IMG/VR virus record: IMGVR_UViG_3300032007_000002
Length of the DNA stretch: 64,000 nucleotides
Direction: 5' to 3' (one strand)
From: a virus
Taxonomy: Duplodnaviria > Heunggongvirae > Uroviricota > Caudoviricetes
A program made the position numbers and the translations under genes. Positions 47,320 to 57,133 of the stretch are shown here, piece by piece; position 1 is the stretch's first letter; each line of letters starts with the position of its first letter. The notes beneath the pieces are model-generated. The model did no database searches, was not told the DNA's origin, and saw nothing but the letters and a program-made list of their open reading frames with translations.

Positions 47320-50254
47320 CCTTCTTCTTCCTCGGACGGCAGAGGAGATTCTTCACTGCCTCGGATTCATCAAATTCAAGCTCTTCCGGCCATCCGACGG
47401 CCTTGAACAGGCGGCCCAGAACCTGGGCAACGCTCATCTTCCAGTGCTTCTCCCAGTCAGGCGTGAAGAGTTCAAGCAGGTGCGGAGGCATCTCGTCGCC
47501 GGTGTAGCAAATCACCGTGACGCCATACAGCGTGTCGGCCTTCTTGACGAACTTCATCTTGTCGCCGGCAGCAATCGGTTCATACGGGAACTGCGAAAGG
47601 ACCGGATCGAACTCGATGAGGTAGTTCCACACGGCAGCGGCCCTGCGACGCCAGTCAACCCTGGCAAGCTGTTCCTTCGGCATCCTGTACATCTCGGCGA
47701 GCGTAGGCGGCTCTTCCTTGACGCCGGACGGGCAGGACAGGTGGGTGAAGTCGTTCTTCTTGACGAGCTCGTAGTATTCGCGCTTCATTTCGAGGAGACG
47801 GTCACGCACCACCTTCTTGTCCATGGTGTTCAGCATGAGCGTCACCATGTCCATCATACGTTCGCGGGAGAACAGCGTGGTGGAGCTTCGGACGATTTCG
47901 AGACCGGTGATTGCGAACTCGGGCTTGACTTCGAGGGTTCCCTTGATCCACTTGCCGTTTTCCTTGTGGCCCTTGTCGAGATAGACAATATCTTCCATGC
48001 TCTCCACGAGACAGATATACTTCTTTTTCGCCGTGACAATGGCCTTGTGGATGCACTTTTCACGTTTGAGGAACAGCTCGTTGACGAAGTAGTTCCACTG
48101 CTGTGCGTAGGCGAGCATGAACTCGTCCAGCTTCTCTTCGAGAGCGACCGCGTCGAACATGCGGCAGAAGTCCGTCATGCGGTAGCGGTTGTAGATGATG
48201 CGGACATCGCCGTCCTGGACGATGCCGTCGGCGAACATAATCTGCATCTTCGTGAACCCGGTCTTCTCGTCCGGGACGCGGTTGCCCGGATCATTCCAGA
48301 CACCCGGCGCATACATCTTGCAGGCAGCCGCAAAGAACTTCTTCGCATCGTTTTCCTGTTCGACGGTAAATACCTTGGACAGGAAGCGCTGGTGTCCGCG
48401 GAACGCGACAATCTCGATGTTCTTTCCGGTGTGCGTTTCGAAGCCTTCCATGATGTCGCCGAACTTCACGAAGAATGAATCGGTATCGCCGTGGGACATG
48501 CGGCGCTGCTGTACGACGCCTTCGGAGTCAACTTCGGTGCCGACAAATGCCGGTTCGATCCTCGGGACATATCCGAACGTGTCGTAGAACCGCTTGTCTT
48601 CGACAAGCTCCTCGTTGATATACTTCGCCATGCCGTTGATGGTATACTTGATGAGCTGCTGGCCGTAGGCGGTAATTGATGCCGCGTTGTCCACGTCGTA
48701 GAGCGGGAAGAACGGGGAACCGAGCAAGCCGTAGAGGGAGTTGCCGAGCACCTTGTACACCTTCTGCATCATGTCGTAGACGCCGGTCATTTCCGCATCG
48801 CCCGCCTTCTTCGCGGCCTTCATCTTCTTCTTCAAGTTGGAACGGCCATCGAACAGAAGCCTCGTGACTTCCGGCACTACACCGACCTTGTCCTTTCGGA
48901 AGAATACCTGATACTGGCCGTTGTGTGTCCACGGAGAACGGATAAGGTTCTTCAATTCCTCTTCCGGGACCTGGTAGTCGATGGGGTAGACCACCTTCAT
49001 TTCCGGCGAGGTGTTGAACGTCATCATGATGGACGGGTAAAGGGAACGGTAGTCGTATGAGACCAGTTTTTCCTTGTAGCCCGGGATAGCATACACGAAC
49101 GCGCCAGGAAACTCCTCCTTTTCCTGTGCGCGTAATGGCGGGAATGTTCGACCTGTCTTGTGCAGATGGTTCAGGACAAACCCGACCAGCATTTTCTTCG
49201 ACTCGAACACGAACGAGAACGGAACCCTGGCTTCCGCAGATGCGGAGACCGCCAGGTGGAACATCTTTTCCTTCTGTTCGATCTTCTTCAGGAGGCGGAC
49301 GTCCTGCATGTTATACAGGATGAACATGTCCCAGTGGTTCTTCCAGGACAGGTAGCCTTCGGGAAGCGGAGCCTTGTGCTCGCCGACCGTGATTTCGCCG
49401 ATGTAGTCCAATTTGTAGGACGGCTGTTCGGAGAAGGTGTACTTGCGGTAGAGGTCGAGGAAGTCGATGACTTCCGTGCCCGCGATGTGGAGGTCGCCGT
49501 CTCGCTGGTCAACCCATGCACGCTTCTCGGCAGCCGGGAGCCTGGACATGAGCTTGAGCGGGATCTTCAACTTCGCCGCTCTGTTGACCATGTAGGTAGT
49601 ATCGTATGTGAAGTTCCAGCCGGACAGGATTGACACGTTGTTGTTGCCAATCTCGGTGAACAGCCTGGTCAGGAGTTCGCCTTCGGTCTTACAGAGGACA
49701 TAGCGGCCGTTGTCCTTGGCCATCTCGTCCTTCACCGACTGGCTGACGTCCTTCGCCACGCCGTAGGTGATATAGTTGTCCGTCTTGGAAAAATAAATCG
49801 TTACGCAGTTGATCGGGTAAGCGGCCACGCTCGCGCGTGGAAACTTACCGGTGGTCTCCACCTCAATATCGAGGAAGCAGAGGTTGATTTTCGACATGTC
49901 TGCTTTGAGCATGCCGGCGTTTGCATAGAAGCGGGAAAGGAACCTCGCCCTCGGGTCGATGTCGATTTCTGCAAGGTGGTTGCGCGGACCGGAGAACTGA
50001 TGTCGGATTTCCCTCTCGTCCTTCGTATGCCGCTGGACGGCAAACATCTCGTTGCCGTAAATGTCGCGCATGCCGCACGGTTTTGCGCCGAATTGTCCCC
50101 GTATATTGGTATAGAACGTGTTGATGTTCTGCAACACGTCCATAGTGCCATCCATGTACCACAGGAACATTCTGTCCTTTTCCGGGTCATGGTAGATGGC
50201 CTCCCACATTTTGGGAGTTTTTGTTTCTGTATTAGATACAGGTATCTCCGGCAT
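47312..50254 (-). CDS. gp43: Family B DNA polymerase, gp43-like
   Basis: Exo DIEV, GWN, YKLD, YN..DV; Pol DYRSLYPS, KVLGNSLYG, HGDTDS, KKKY, GLEIVRS. Confidence 0.95.
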   Translation of the reverse strand: MPEIPVSNTETKTPKMWEAIYHDPEKDRMFLWYMDGTMDVLQNINTFYTNIRGQFGAKPCGMRDIYGNEMFAVQRHTKDEREIRHQFSGPRNHLAEIDIDPRARFLSRFYANAGMLKADMSKINLCFLDIEVETTGKFPRASVAAYPINCVTIYFSKTDNYITYGVAKDVSQSVKDEMAKDNGRYVLCKTEGELLTRLFTEIGNNNVSILSGWNFTYDTTYMVNRAAKLKIPLKLMSRLPAAEKRAWVDQRDGDLHIAGTEVIDFLDLYRKYTFSEQPSYKLDYIGEITVGEHKAPLPEGYLSWKNHWDMFILYNMQDVRLLKKIEQKEKMFHLAVSASAEARVPFSFVFESKKMLVGFVLNHLHKTGRTFPPLRAQEKEEFPGAFVYAIPGYKEKLVSYDYRSLYPSIMMTFNTSPEMKVVYPIDYQVPEEELKNLIRSPWTHNGQYQVFFRKDKVGVVPEVTRLLFDGRSNLKKKMKAAKKAGDAEMTGVYDMMQKVYKVLGNSLYGLLGSPFFPLYDVDNAASITAYGQQLIKYTINGMAKYINEELVEDKRFYDTFGYVPRIEPAFVGTEVDSEGVVQQRRMSHGDTDSFFVKFGDIMEGFETHTGKNIEIVAFRGHQRFLSKVFTVEQENDAKKFFAAACKMYAPGVWNDPGNRVPDEKTGFTKMQIMFADGIVQDGDVRIIYNRYRMTDFCRMFDAVALEEKLDEFMLAYAQQWNYFVNELFLKREKCIHKAIVTAKKKYICLVESMEDIVYLDKGHKENGKWIKGTLEVKPEFAITGLEIVRSSTTLFSRERMMDMVTLMLNTMDKKVVRDRLLEMKREYYELVKKNDFTHLSCPSGVKEEPPTLAEMYRMPKEQLARVDWRRRAAAVWNYLIEFDPVLSQFPYEPIAAGDKMKFVKKADTLYGVTVICYTGDEMPPHLLELFTPDWEKHWKMSVAQVLGRLFKAVGWPEELEFDESEAVKNLLCRPRKKKAI

Positions 50255-50323
50255 ATTCGGAAATATAGCAAAAAACGGACCGGCATTGCCAGTCCGATTT
50301 AATTTTTCTGCGCAAGCGAACAG

Positions 50324-50953
50324 TTACTTCTTGGTGAACTCTGCCTTCGCTTCCTTGATGTGGGACATAATCTTGTCGATATTGTCCTTTTTCTTGCCGT
50401 CGGCACCTGCGCCGAGACGGGTTTTCACGAACTTGCCGAGGAGGTCCCAGCGTCTCGGGTCGGAAAGGGTGCCCTTCATGAACTTCTTGTTGTCCTTGGC
50501 GTCACTTTCCATGCCTGATGCCGCGCTCTTGGCCTTGCTGTCGAAAGCCGGCTTCTGGGGAGGGGTAGTGGTAACGCACTCGACCTGGACGCCCTTGGCG
50601 GCCTTCACTTCCGGGTCAGTCGTAGTGAGGGACTGGGTCACGACCTTGGTTCCGCCTGGACCGGCGGTCTTCTTCAAGTCAACAGTCTCGTTTTCAGTCT
50701 GCTGCTTGACGTCCTTTTCGGGCGCGGTCTTGGCCTTGCCGACCTTGGAATTCTTGGAGAGCACGAGCGACTTACCGCCGCTGCACCACTTGTTGGTATC
50801 AAAGACTTCACCGTTGAACATCTTGATGCCTTCGCACATAGGCTTCGGGTTGTCAGTCTCGTTGAACGGTTTGTCGATGATCGGCTGACTGCAGATGCCT
50901 TCGAGGATGGCCTGCACCTTTTCGTCGCCATAAATATCGAATGCCTGTGACAT
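50324..50953 (-). CDS. Lys-rich late protein (start MSQAFD)
   Basis: GGAG RBS; TCTAAACTT at 50985-50993. Confidence 0.6.
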   Translation of the reverse strand: MSQAFDIYGDEKVQAILEGICSQPIIDKPFNETDNPKPMCEGIKMFNGEVFDTNKWCSGGKSLVLSKNSKVGKAKTAPEKDVKQQTENETVDLKKTAGPGGTKVVTQSLTTTDPEVKAAKGVQVECVTTTPPQKPAFDSKAKSAASGMESDAKDNKKFMKGTLSDPRRWDLLGKFVKTRLGAGADGKKKDNIDKIMSHIKEAKAEFTKK

Positions 50954-51014
50954 TGGGTAAACTCCGGTGATTGGACTTTTTACTAAGTTTAGAAGATGTC
51001 CCCGTTTTTGCCCG

Positions 51015-51230
51015 TCAGGCAAAACGGCTGAACCCGATGTTCGAGCAGAGGACTGCAACGGACAGTTTCTTGGGTCCCTTCTTGCGGATGCGCAGCCTCT
51101 TTCGGACCGGCTTCACGGGTTTCTGGGCAGGAGCCTGAGCGGCCACAGCCGGAACTTCCGGCGTGATTACCTTCTCCGGTTCGCTGTTTCCGGTGATTTC
51201 TTGTTCTGTGGTCTGTTTCTTTCGTGCCAT
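51015..51230 (-). CDS. Small basic protein (71 aa, start MARKKQ)
   Basis: TATAAACTG at 51237-51245, 6 nt before the ATG. Confidence 0.55.
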   Translation of the reverse strand: MARKKQTTEQEITGNSEPEKVITPEVPAVAAQAPAQKPVKPVRKRLRIRKKGPKKLSVAVLCSNIGFSRFA

Positions 51231-51293
51231 ACTTGTCAGTTTATAGCAAAACCGGGAACCTATAAACTGTATTCGAACAATTCCGGCGGCACA

Positions 51294-51941
51294 ATGAACA
51301 CTACCGAGTCCCAAATCCAGCTTTCACCCTCCGAACTCTACCATCCGGGCGTTTCCCCGGCAATCCAGGACCTGTCCCGCAAATCGGGCATGCCCGAGAC
51401 GGAAGTCGCATCAATCTACGCCCAGACCGAGCGTGACGAAAAGAACGACGCCGCGGAAAACCCGGACAAGATCGTCATGGACGTCTACGGGAACTGCCGC
51501 TTCGGCGACAAGGTGTGGAGCGAGACCAGGAAGAAGGTGCTGACCCCGGAAGAAACCGAAAGCGACTCGGAAAAGGAACTCGAAGATACGCTTGCCGACA
51601 TGAGCACCATGTTCTCTCCCGAAGAAGAACAGAAATCCCCCGGGGGCGCGGGTGAAATCGAAGACGCGTTTGCCGCCAGTCTCGCACCAAGCATCGACAA
51701 CAACTCGCTCGGGTTTTCCGACGAGGACATGGCCCTCACGAACTCCGTCGCCGACGCGGCAGCTGCCGACTACGACCTCCCGGACGACACCGAACCGTTC
51801 GGGACCGACACTTTCACTGACATCGACCCCAATGTCACGCCGGACAACGTGAACTCCGCACCGGACGGCACCCCGGCCCCGACCGGCGGAGAAAAAACTC
51901 CATTGGAAGAAACCAAGGAAGAAGAGACAGTCCCGGCCTAG
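51294..51941 (+). CDS. Acidic late protein (start MNTTES)
   Basis: TATAAACTG at 51261-51269. Confidence 0.6.
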   Translation: MNTTESQIQLSPSELYHPGVSPAIQDLSRKSGMPETEVASIYAQTERDEKNDAAENPDKIVMDVYGNCRFGDKVWSETRKKVLTPEETESDSEKELEDTLADMSTMFSPEEEQKSPGGAGEIEDAFAASLAPSIDNNSLGFSDEDMALTNSVADAAAADYDLPDDTEPFGTDTFTDIDPNVTPDNVNSAPDGTPAPTGGEKTPLEETKEEETVPA

Positions 51942-51955
51942 AACGCCATGAAATT

Positions 51956-51990
51956 CAAAAGGCCTCCCGTTCGGGAGGCCTTTCTGTTTT
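51956..51990. terminator. Bidirectional terminator
   Basis: AAAGGCCTCCC-GTTC-GGGAGGCCTTT between convergent genes. Confidence 0.85.
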
Positions 51991-52002
51991 GTCCAATCGA
52001 AA

Positions 52003-53148
52003 TTACGACTTGGAATAGGTGCACTTCCTGGACATGAGCCCCGTGTTGAAGAACGCGAGGAACTTGCTTTCGCCGTCATCGGAAACGGACCACTCGACCT
52101 TGGCGCCGGAACTCATGATGATGGTTCGGAGGAAGATGTCATACGGCATCTTGAACACCTTGTTCGGCGCATGGACTTCGCACTCGCGGACAGTAAAGTT
52201 GTAGTCCACGCGGTCCGTCTTTGCGACCACCATGATCGTGTTGTCGTCGGAGGTATGGAGTTCGATTTCCTTCGCCGGAAGAATTTTCTTCATGTGTGCG
52301 ATGGAGAGAACCAGGCCCGAACCCGGGATGGTGGCAAACTTCGAGAGGCCGGCGTTGTTGAACGTCTGAACCTGCGTATCGAGGAACGGGAACGAGATGG
52401 AAAGGTCGTCGTCGCGAACCGCGATGCGCTTCGATGTGAAGTCGAGTTCCATCGTCACGACCATGTCAATCTTAATCTTCGCGAGCACGTTGAAGATGAC
52501 GGACGGAAGCCTGATGGAGAAATCCTTCGGTTTTTCGTCTTCGCTCGCAGCGGCATGCGCCTGGTTGTTGAAAACCGTAGCCATGCAGAAATGGTCGTCA
52601 CCGATGCGGAAGGAAATGACACCGTTCTTGCGGTGCATCTCGATATACGGGAATCCGTAAGTGCTGTCGCCGACCATGGCCATGTCGAGCTGGCCAACGA
52701 CGATGGTTTCGTCGAGGTCGAACTTCGGAATGTCAGGCACCTTGTCGGCAGGCTGCACTTCGAGGCCGCACTCGAAGTTGAACTCGTCGCTGTCCTTAGC
52801 AAGGAACCCGAAGACGAACAGCTTGCCGTCAACGAAGCTCATGCCGGCAAGGATTGCATCCTCATCGTCAACCATGTTGATGTCGCATGCCGCGCAGAAC
52901 TCGTTGGCATAAACGACCACGTCCTGCGGAAGCGGATCGGAACCCTTTGCCGCATTGGCCTTGGCAACTATGCCGTTACCGGTAGTGAACGTAGCTTCGA
53001 CGGAACCGTCATAGGACGGGCGGGTCGATATTCGGACACAGAGACCCGGGTCGTAGGAACAGCTTTCCTTGATAAGGCCAATGGCTTGACGGAAATTCCC
53101 TTCCTTGGTCGGGAACATGAGCATCTTTTCAATGTTTGTCTTCTGCAT
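52003..53148 (-). CDS. Probable sliding clamp (beta-clamp-sized, 381 aa)
   Basis: Acidic, repeated helix/strand pattern consistent with three clamp domains; near polymerase and loader; weak similarity only. Confidence 0.45.
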   Translation of the reverse strand: MQKTNIEKMLMFPTKEGNFRQAIGLIKESCSYDPGLCVRISTRPSYDGSVEATFTTGNGIVAKANAAKGSDPLPQDVVVYANEFCAACDINMVDDEDAILAGMSFVDGKLFVFGFLAKDSDEFNFECGLEVQPADKVPDIPKFDLDETIVVGQLDMAMVGDSTYGFPYIEMHRKNGVISFRIGDDHFCMATVFNNQAHAAASEDEKPKDFSIRLPSVIFNVLAKIKIDMVVTMELDFTSKRIAVRDDDLSISFPFLDTQVQTFNNAGLSKFATIPGSGLVLSIAHMKKILPAKEIELHTSDDNTIMVVAKTDRVDYNFTVRECEVHAPNKVFKMPYDIFLRTIIMSSGAKVEWSVSDDGESKFLAFFNTGLMSRKCTYSKS

Positions 53149-53234
53149 ATTAAAACCTCTTGGCGAAAACTAGGTTTTCTCCAACAAAAACGGGGCCAGA
53201 CGGCCCCGCGGTAATGGTATATCCAGTATGTCGG

Positions 53235-54704
53235 CTAGACGACGTTCTGGAAAATCTGGTCATACCTGGACGTAGTGTCCTCGCTCTCGTCCGGCTGGAA
53301 CTGGTCCTGCGCAAGCGCGTTGTCTTCCGCGAGGGAGCCGAACACGCCAGAGTCGGTAGCTCCGGTAGCTCCGGCAGCAGGACCTTCCGGCGCGGGAGTA
53401 GCCACGCTGAACTCGTCGCCCGGCTTGACCGACGTTTCGTCATACGGGTCGTTCGGGAGCTGGAGTGCGGTCATCTCGGCATCCGGGTTGTGCATGCTTC
53501 CCTGGGAGTCGAACATGTCAGGAAGGATCTTGCCAAGCTGTTCCTTGAAGTGGTCCGGCGTGGTGTACTCGTCTTCGAGCGCAGTGAACACGGCTTCCCA
53601 CTTTTCTTTCGGGAGACGGACATCGGTTTCGCTTTCCGGGACCGGACGGCTCGGATCAGTCGTCATGTCGTTCTTGATAAACCCGAAGAGCTTACCGAAC
53701 GCGTTGATGATTTCCTGGTCCTTCATGTCCTTGATACCAGCGAACCCGTTGAGCTGCTTGTCCATGCCGAGGATAACCGGGGTTTCTTCGGCAGAGCTTG
53801 CGATGATTTCCGCCATGTGGTCGGTTGCGCCATTTTTCAGGATGGTGGCGTTTTCCGTCGCGAACTCGGTATAGGTCGGGTCGTTGGCCTGAACACCGCC
53901 GGCAGTCGGGTCGGTCATCTGTTCGTTGGCCTGCTCGGCATCGGAGACCACCTGGTTCGGGTCGTCGCCTTCCGGCTCGGCAGCAAAATCTTCCGGGCCA
54001 AAGCCATTCGGGCCAGCTTGCTGCTGTTGTTCCATGAGGATGCGGCGGGTTTCCCTCATGTCGCGACCAAGCTGCCACCCGACGGACTCGACCATGCGGG
54101 TTTCCGGGTTGAGCCCAGGTTCCACCGGCTTGTTTTCGGGCAACACCGAGTCGAGGTCGTTATAGAGAAGGTCGTCCATGTTGGCCGGCGCATCTTCCGC
54201 GGCGAAAGCGTCAATCGTTTCGAGGATGCGGTTGCCGAAGTTCTTGACGTAGTCCTCGCTCTCGATACCGAGTTCGAGCTTCTTGATTTCCCCGTTCTCG
54301 TTCGTCACGATGACGGAAATGTCGCCCTTGGTGTTCGGGTAGAGGATGTCAACGGTAAACATCTTTCCGCGACGCGAGACGCGAAGCAGGCAGCGGGACT
54401 TCTCTGCGTCGATACTTTCCAGGTTGAGACGGATGCCCTTGTTGGCCGTCTGCTCGGCGGCTTCCTGCATGATGTCCTTGACATTCTTGCGGGTCTTGTT
54501 GTCGAAGAACGGATTGCGCTCGCTGTAAATTCGGCGGTCCCATTCCTCGGAAATCTGGTTGCCAATCGGTTCCATGACGCCCTTGGTCATGGCCTTGATG
54601 AGCTTGTCCTTCGCAGGCACAATCGGTCCGCTCTCGGTTGAGACGACCTTAAAGCCCTTCAACTTCGTAATCAGTTCACTTTTGTCGTATTGCGTCACGG
54701 CCAT
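53235..54704 (-). CDS. Acidic late protein (start MAVTQY)
   Basis: TATAAACTA at 54731-54739; hairpin terminator at about 53185-53210. Confidence 0.65.
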   Translation of the reverse strand: MAVTQYDKSELITKLKGFKVVSTESGPIVPAKDKLIKAMTKGVMEPIGNQISEEWDRRIYSERNPFFDNKTRKNVKDIMQEAAEQTANKGIRLNLESIDAEKSRCLLRVSRRGKMFTVDILYPNTKGDISVIVTNENGEIKKLELGIESEDYVKNFGNRILETIDAFAAEDAPANMDDLLYNDLDSVLPENKPVEPGLNPETRMVESVGWQLGRDMRETRRILMEQQQQAGPNGFGPEDFAAEPEGDDPNQVVSDAEQANEQMTDPTAGGVQANDPTYTEFATENATILKNGATDHMAEIIASSAEETPVILGMDKQLNGFAGIKDMKDQEIINAFGKLFGFIKNDMTTDPSRPVPESETDVRLPKEKWEAVFTALEDEYTTPDHFKEQLGKILPDMFDSQGSMHNPDAEMTALQLPNDPYDETSVKPGDEFSVATPAPEGPAAGATGATDSGVFGSLAEDNALAQDQFQPDESEDTTSRYDQIFQNVV

Positions 54705-54768
54705 GGTAAATATCCAGTGCGGTTTCCCCATAGTTTATAAAAATGCCCCGGCTCCGCGCCGGGGTTCT

Positions 54769-55731
54769 TTATTCGCTTTCCTTCTCGGTGGAATCCACTC
54801 CGCCGAGGTGGACAAGATGGTCATAGTTGCCGTCGCCCTCGTCAACCACCGGAGGGGCGGCTTCCGCACCGCCTCCGCTGAACGCGTCCAGGTTCTCGGT
54901 GGGGTCGTCCCTGCGCATTTTCTCGGCATGCAACGCATAGGCCTCGGCCATCTCGTCAAGGTCGATGTCGAAGAGGTCGGTCGGGAGCCATTCACCCTCG
55001 AAGATGCGCTTCGCGTGGTTGAACCGGTCGATGTCGTTCGCTGTCCACACCTTGAAGGTATGGCCGAACATGTTGGTATGGTAGCCAAGCGGCATGATTT
55101 CCGGGATGCCGCCAACGAGGAGAACTTCCTTGCCGACGAACTGGAACGAGTTGTCCCCCCGGACATACCTGATTGCCGCAGAAACGCTGCAATCGACGGC
55201 ATAGACACCGTATAGGTGGCCACCGGTGACATAGAGGTTCCCGTGGTAGAAATCTTCCCACTGGTCAAGGAACATCAACACCTGCTCAGAATTGATCTGC
55301 CCGTCGGTGACTATGCCGTTCCCGGTATAGTAGTCCTTCGCGTAGGTCATGATGTCCGTCCCGTCGGGAACGATACCCAGCGAGGATGCGACCCTGGACT
55401 TGCCGTTGAACAGGCGGGTGACCATGAGTTCCCCATCGGAGCCGAGCGCGGCGTGCGCGTAGTCGGACCCGTCAAAGGACGGCAACGAGGATAGGATGAA
55501 GATGGTCCCGGCGTCCACATAAACAATCAGCTGTTCGGCATGGATGTAGCCGAGCGTACCTGACGCTATGTAGAACTTTATCGGGGTGTACCAGAGGTTG
55601 CGGTCCGCACGGATTGCTGCGCACCGGTCCATGAACTCCAACGACAGGTCATGCCCGTCAAAGTCGCTCATGAATACGTTGAACGTGCTGTCGACCGTGG
55701 TGAGGCCGATCCTCTGGGACGGCAACTGCAT
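54769..55731 (-). CDS. Hypothetical protein
   Basis: 320-aa ORF in operon. Confidence 0.6.
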   Translation of the reverse strand: MQLPSQRIGLTTVDSTFNVFMSDFDGHDLSLEFMDRCAAIRADRNLWYTPIKFYIASGTLGYIHAEQLIVYVDAGTIFILSSLPSFDGSDYAHAALGSDGELMVTRLFNGKSRVASSLGIVPDGTDIMTYAKDYYTGNGIVTDGQINSEQVLMFLDQWEDFYHGNLYVTGGHLYGVYAVDCSVSAAIRYVRGDNSFQFVGKEVLLVGGIPEIMPLGYHTNMFGHTFKVWTANDIDRFNHAKRIFEGEWLPTDLFDIDLDEMAEAYALHAEKMRRDDPTENLDAFSGGGAEAAPPVVDEGDGNYDHLVHLGGVDSTEKESE

Positions 55732-55733
55732 CC

Positions 55734-56129
55734 TTACTTACCTTCCGGCTGAGCGTCGGCAGTTTCGCCTTCCGGCTTCGGGAAAATCGGGCGAAGCAAG
55801 GCGAGGGCGTCACGGATTTCGCGAGACGATTCGGAACCGCCGTTGGTCTCCTTGATGATTTCGTCGAGATACTTGACGAAATCACGGACACCTTCGAGAG
55901 TCGGGCCAAGCATGTCCGCGGTGTATTCGCGGGTATACTCGGTATTGTTCGGCTTGGCGATACCGTCAACGATTTCCACGGTATAGCCGGCTGCCCTTTC
56001 CTCGTCGTTAAGGACGAGCTGGTCGATAAGCGCATCGACCGTGAGACGGACGGTGATCGTGCATGGGATGCGGCCGATGAACCTGATGAGTTTGTACCGC
56101 TGTTCGAGTGTTAGTTTGACTGAGTTCAT
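55734..56129 (-). CDS. Hypothetical protein
   Basis: 131 aa; AAAACCTAGTTTT at 56152-56164 upstream. Confidence 0.6.
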   Translation of the reverse strand: MNSVKLTLEQRYKLIRFIGRIPCTITVRLTVDALIDQLVLNDEERAAGYTVEIVDGIAKPNNTEYTREYTADMLGPTLEGVRDFVKYLDEIIKETNGGSESSREIRDALALLRPIFPKPEGETADAQPEGK

Positions 56130-56155
56130 GACAATTTACCCTGTTTGGTTGAAAA

Positions 56156-57106
56156 CTAGGTTTTCTCGTGGAGCTGGCGAAGGTAGTCGTATGCCGCCCG
56201 CTCGGCATCCGACTTGCACGGGGCGAGCCGGAACTTGACGCGTATCTTCAACCCGTCGGCAGTCACCGTCTCGACGACCGTGTCCTGGCTGTTCGCCGGG
56301 ATGCAAATTCTGACCGTCTCGTCGCCGCACTGGACAGCCACCCACTTGCCGAGAACGAGATCCTCGGGGAAGATTTCCGGCCCATCCACGACAAGCACGC
56401 CATCCGCGATGGAACAGTTCTCGGGAAGCTCCGGGTTGAAGGTCACGATGAGATTGCCGTTACATCCACCAAAGTGGCCGGCGTTGCCCTTCCCGGTCAT
56501 GCGGGTCTCCATCATGCCCGGCCTGTAAATCAGGTTCTGGGTAATCTGGCGACGGTTCTCGCCGTTATTGCAATACGGGCACTTCTCGATGATGTTGATG
56601 CCGGTCCCGTTGCACTTGTTGCACTTCCTGAACCGGTGGGTAGTCGGGTCGCGATACCTGCCGTTACCGCCGCACTGGCTGCACTTTGCCGCCTTGGCAG
56701 CTCCGGTACCGTCACATTCGAGGCATGTGGAACGGCGCTCGAACTGCACGGGCATCATGGGGCACCCGTGCATGAACACGGAAAACGGGATATTCACTGT
56801 GAGATGGATGTCGGAACCGTTGACCGCGGTCCTGGATTCGGGCTTCTTGCCGAAATTCCTCGCAACGGTCGGCGTGCCGAGAACGGATGCGTAGAGTTCG
56901 AATTCCGCCAGGTAGGAGTGCTTCTTGTCATACTCCTTACGCTTCTCGGGAGTCCCAATCTGCGCATAGGCCTCGTTGAGTTCAGCCATGCGCTGCTCGG
57001 ACCCACCCTTGTCCGGGTGGGCTTCCTTGCATAGGCGCCGGTAGGCCTTCTTGATGTCTTCGTCGGAGTCGGAGAGCTTTACGCCGAGAATGGTATATGG
57101 ATTCAT
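56156..57106 (-). CDS. dnaJ: DnaJ-family co-chaperone (J domain plus zinc finger)
   Basis: NPY.ILG...IKKAYR...HPD; CLECDGTG, CSQCGGNG, CNKCNGTG, CPYC; G.GN.G...G.L.V. Confidence 0.9.
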   Translation of the reverse strand: MNPYTILGVKLSDSDEDIKKAYRRLCKEAHPDKGGSEQRMAELNEAYAQIGTPEKRKEYDKKHSYLAEFELYASVLGTPTVARNFGKKPESRTAVNGSDIHLTVNIPFSVFMHGCPMMPVQFERRSTCLECDGTGAAKAAKCSQCGGNGRYRDPTTHRFRKCNKCNGTGINIIEKCPYCNNGENRRQITQNLIYRPGMMETRMTGKGNAGHFGGCNGNLIVTFNPELPENCSIADGVLVVDGPEIFPEDLVLGKWVAVQCGDETVRICIPANSQDTVVETVTADGLKIRVKFRLAPCKSDAERAAYDYLRQLHEKT

Positions 57107-57133
57107 GTCTAGCCCGCTTGATACGGGCGTAAA

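Noticed and set aside
47312-50254. Intein or intron in the DNA polymerase
   Set aside because: Frame is continuous, with no C/S...HN intein ends or homing-endonuclease motifs seen
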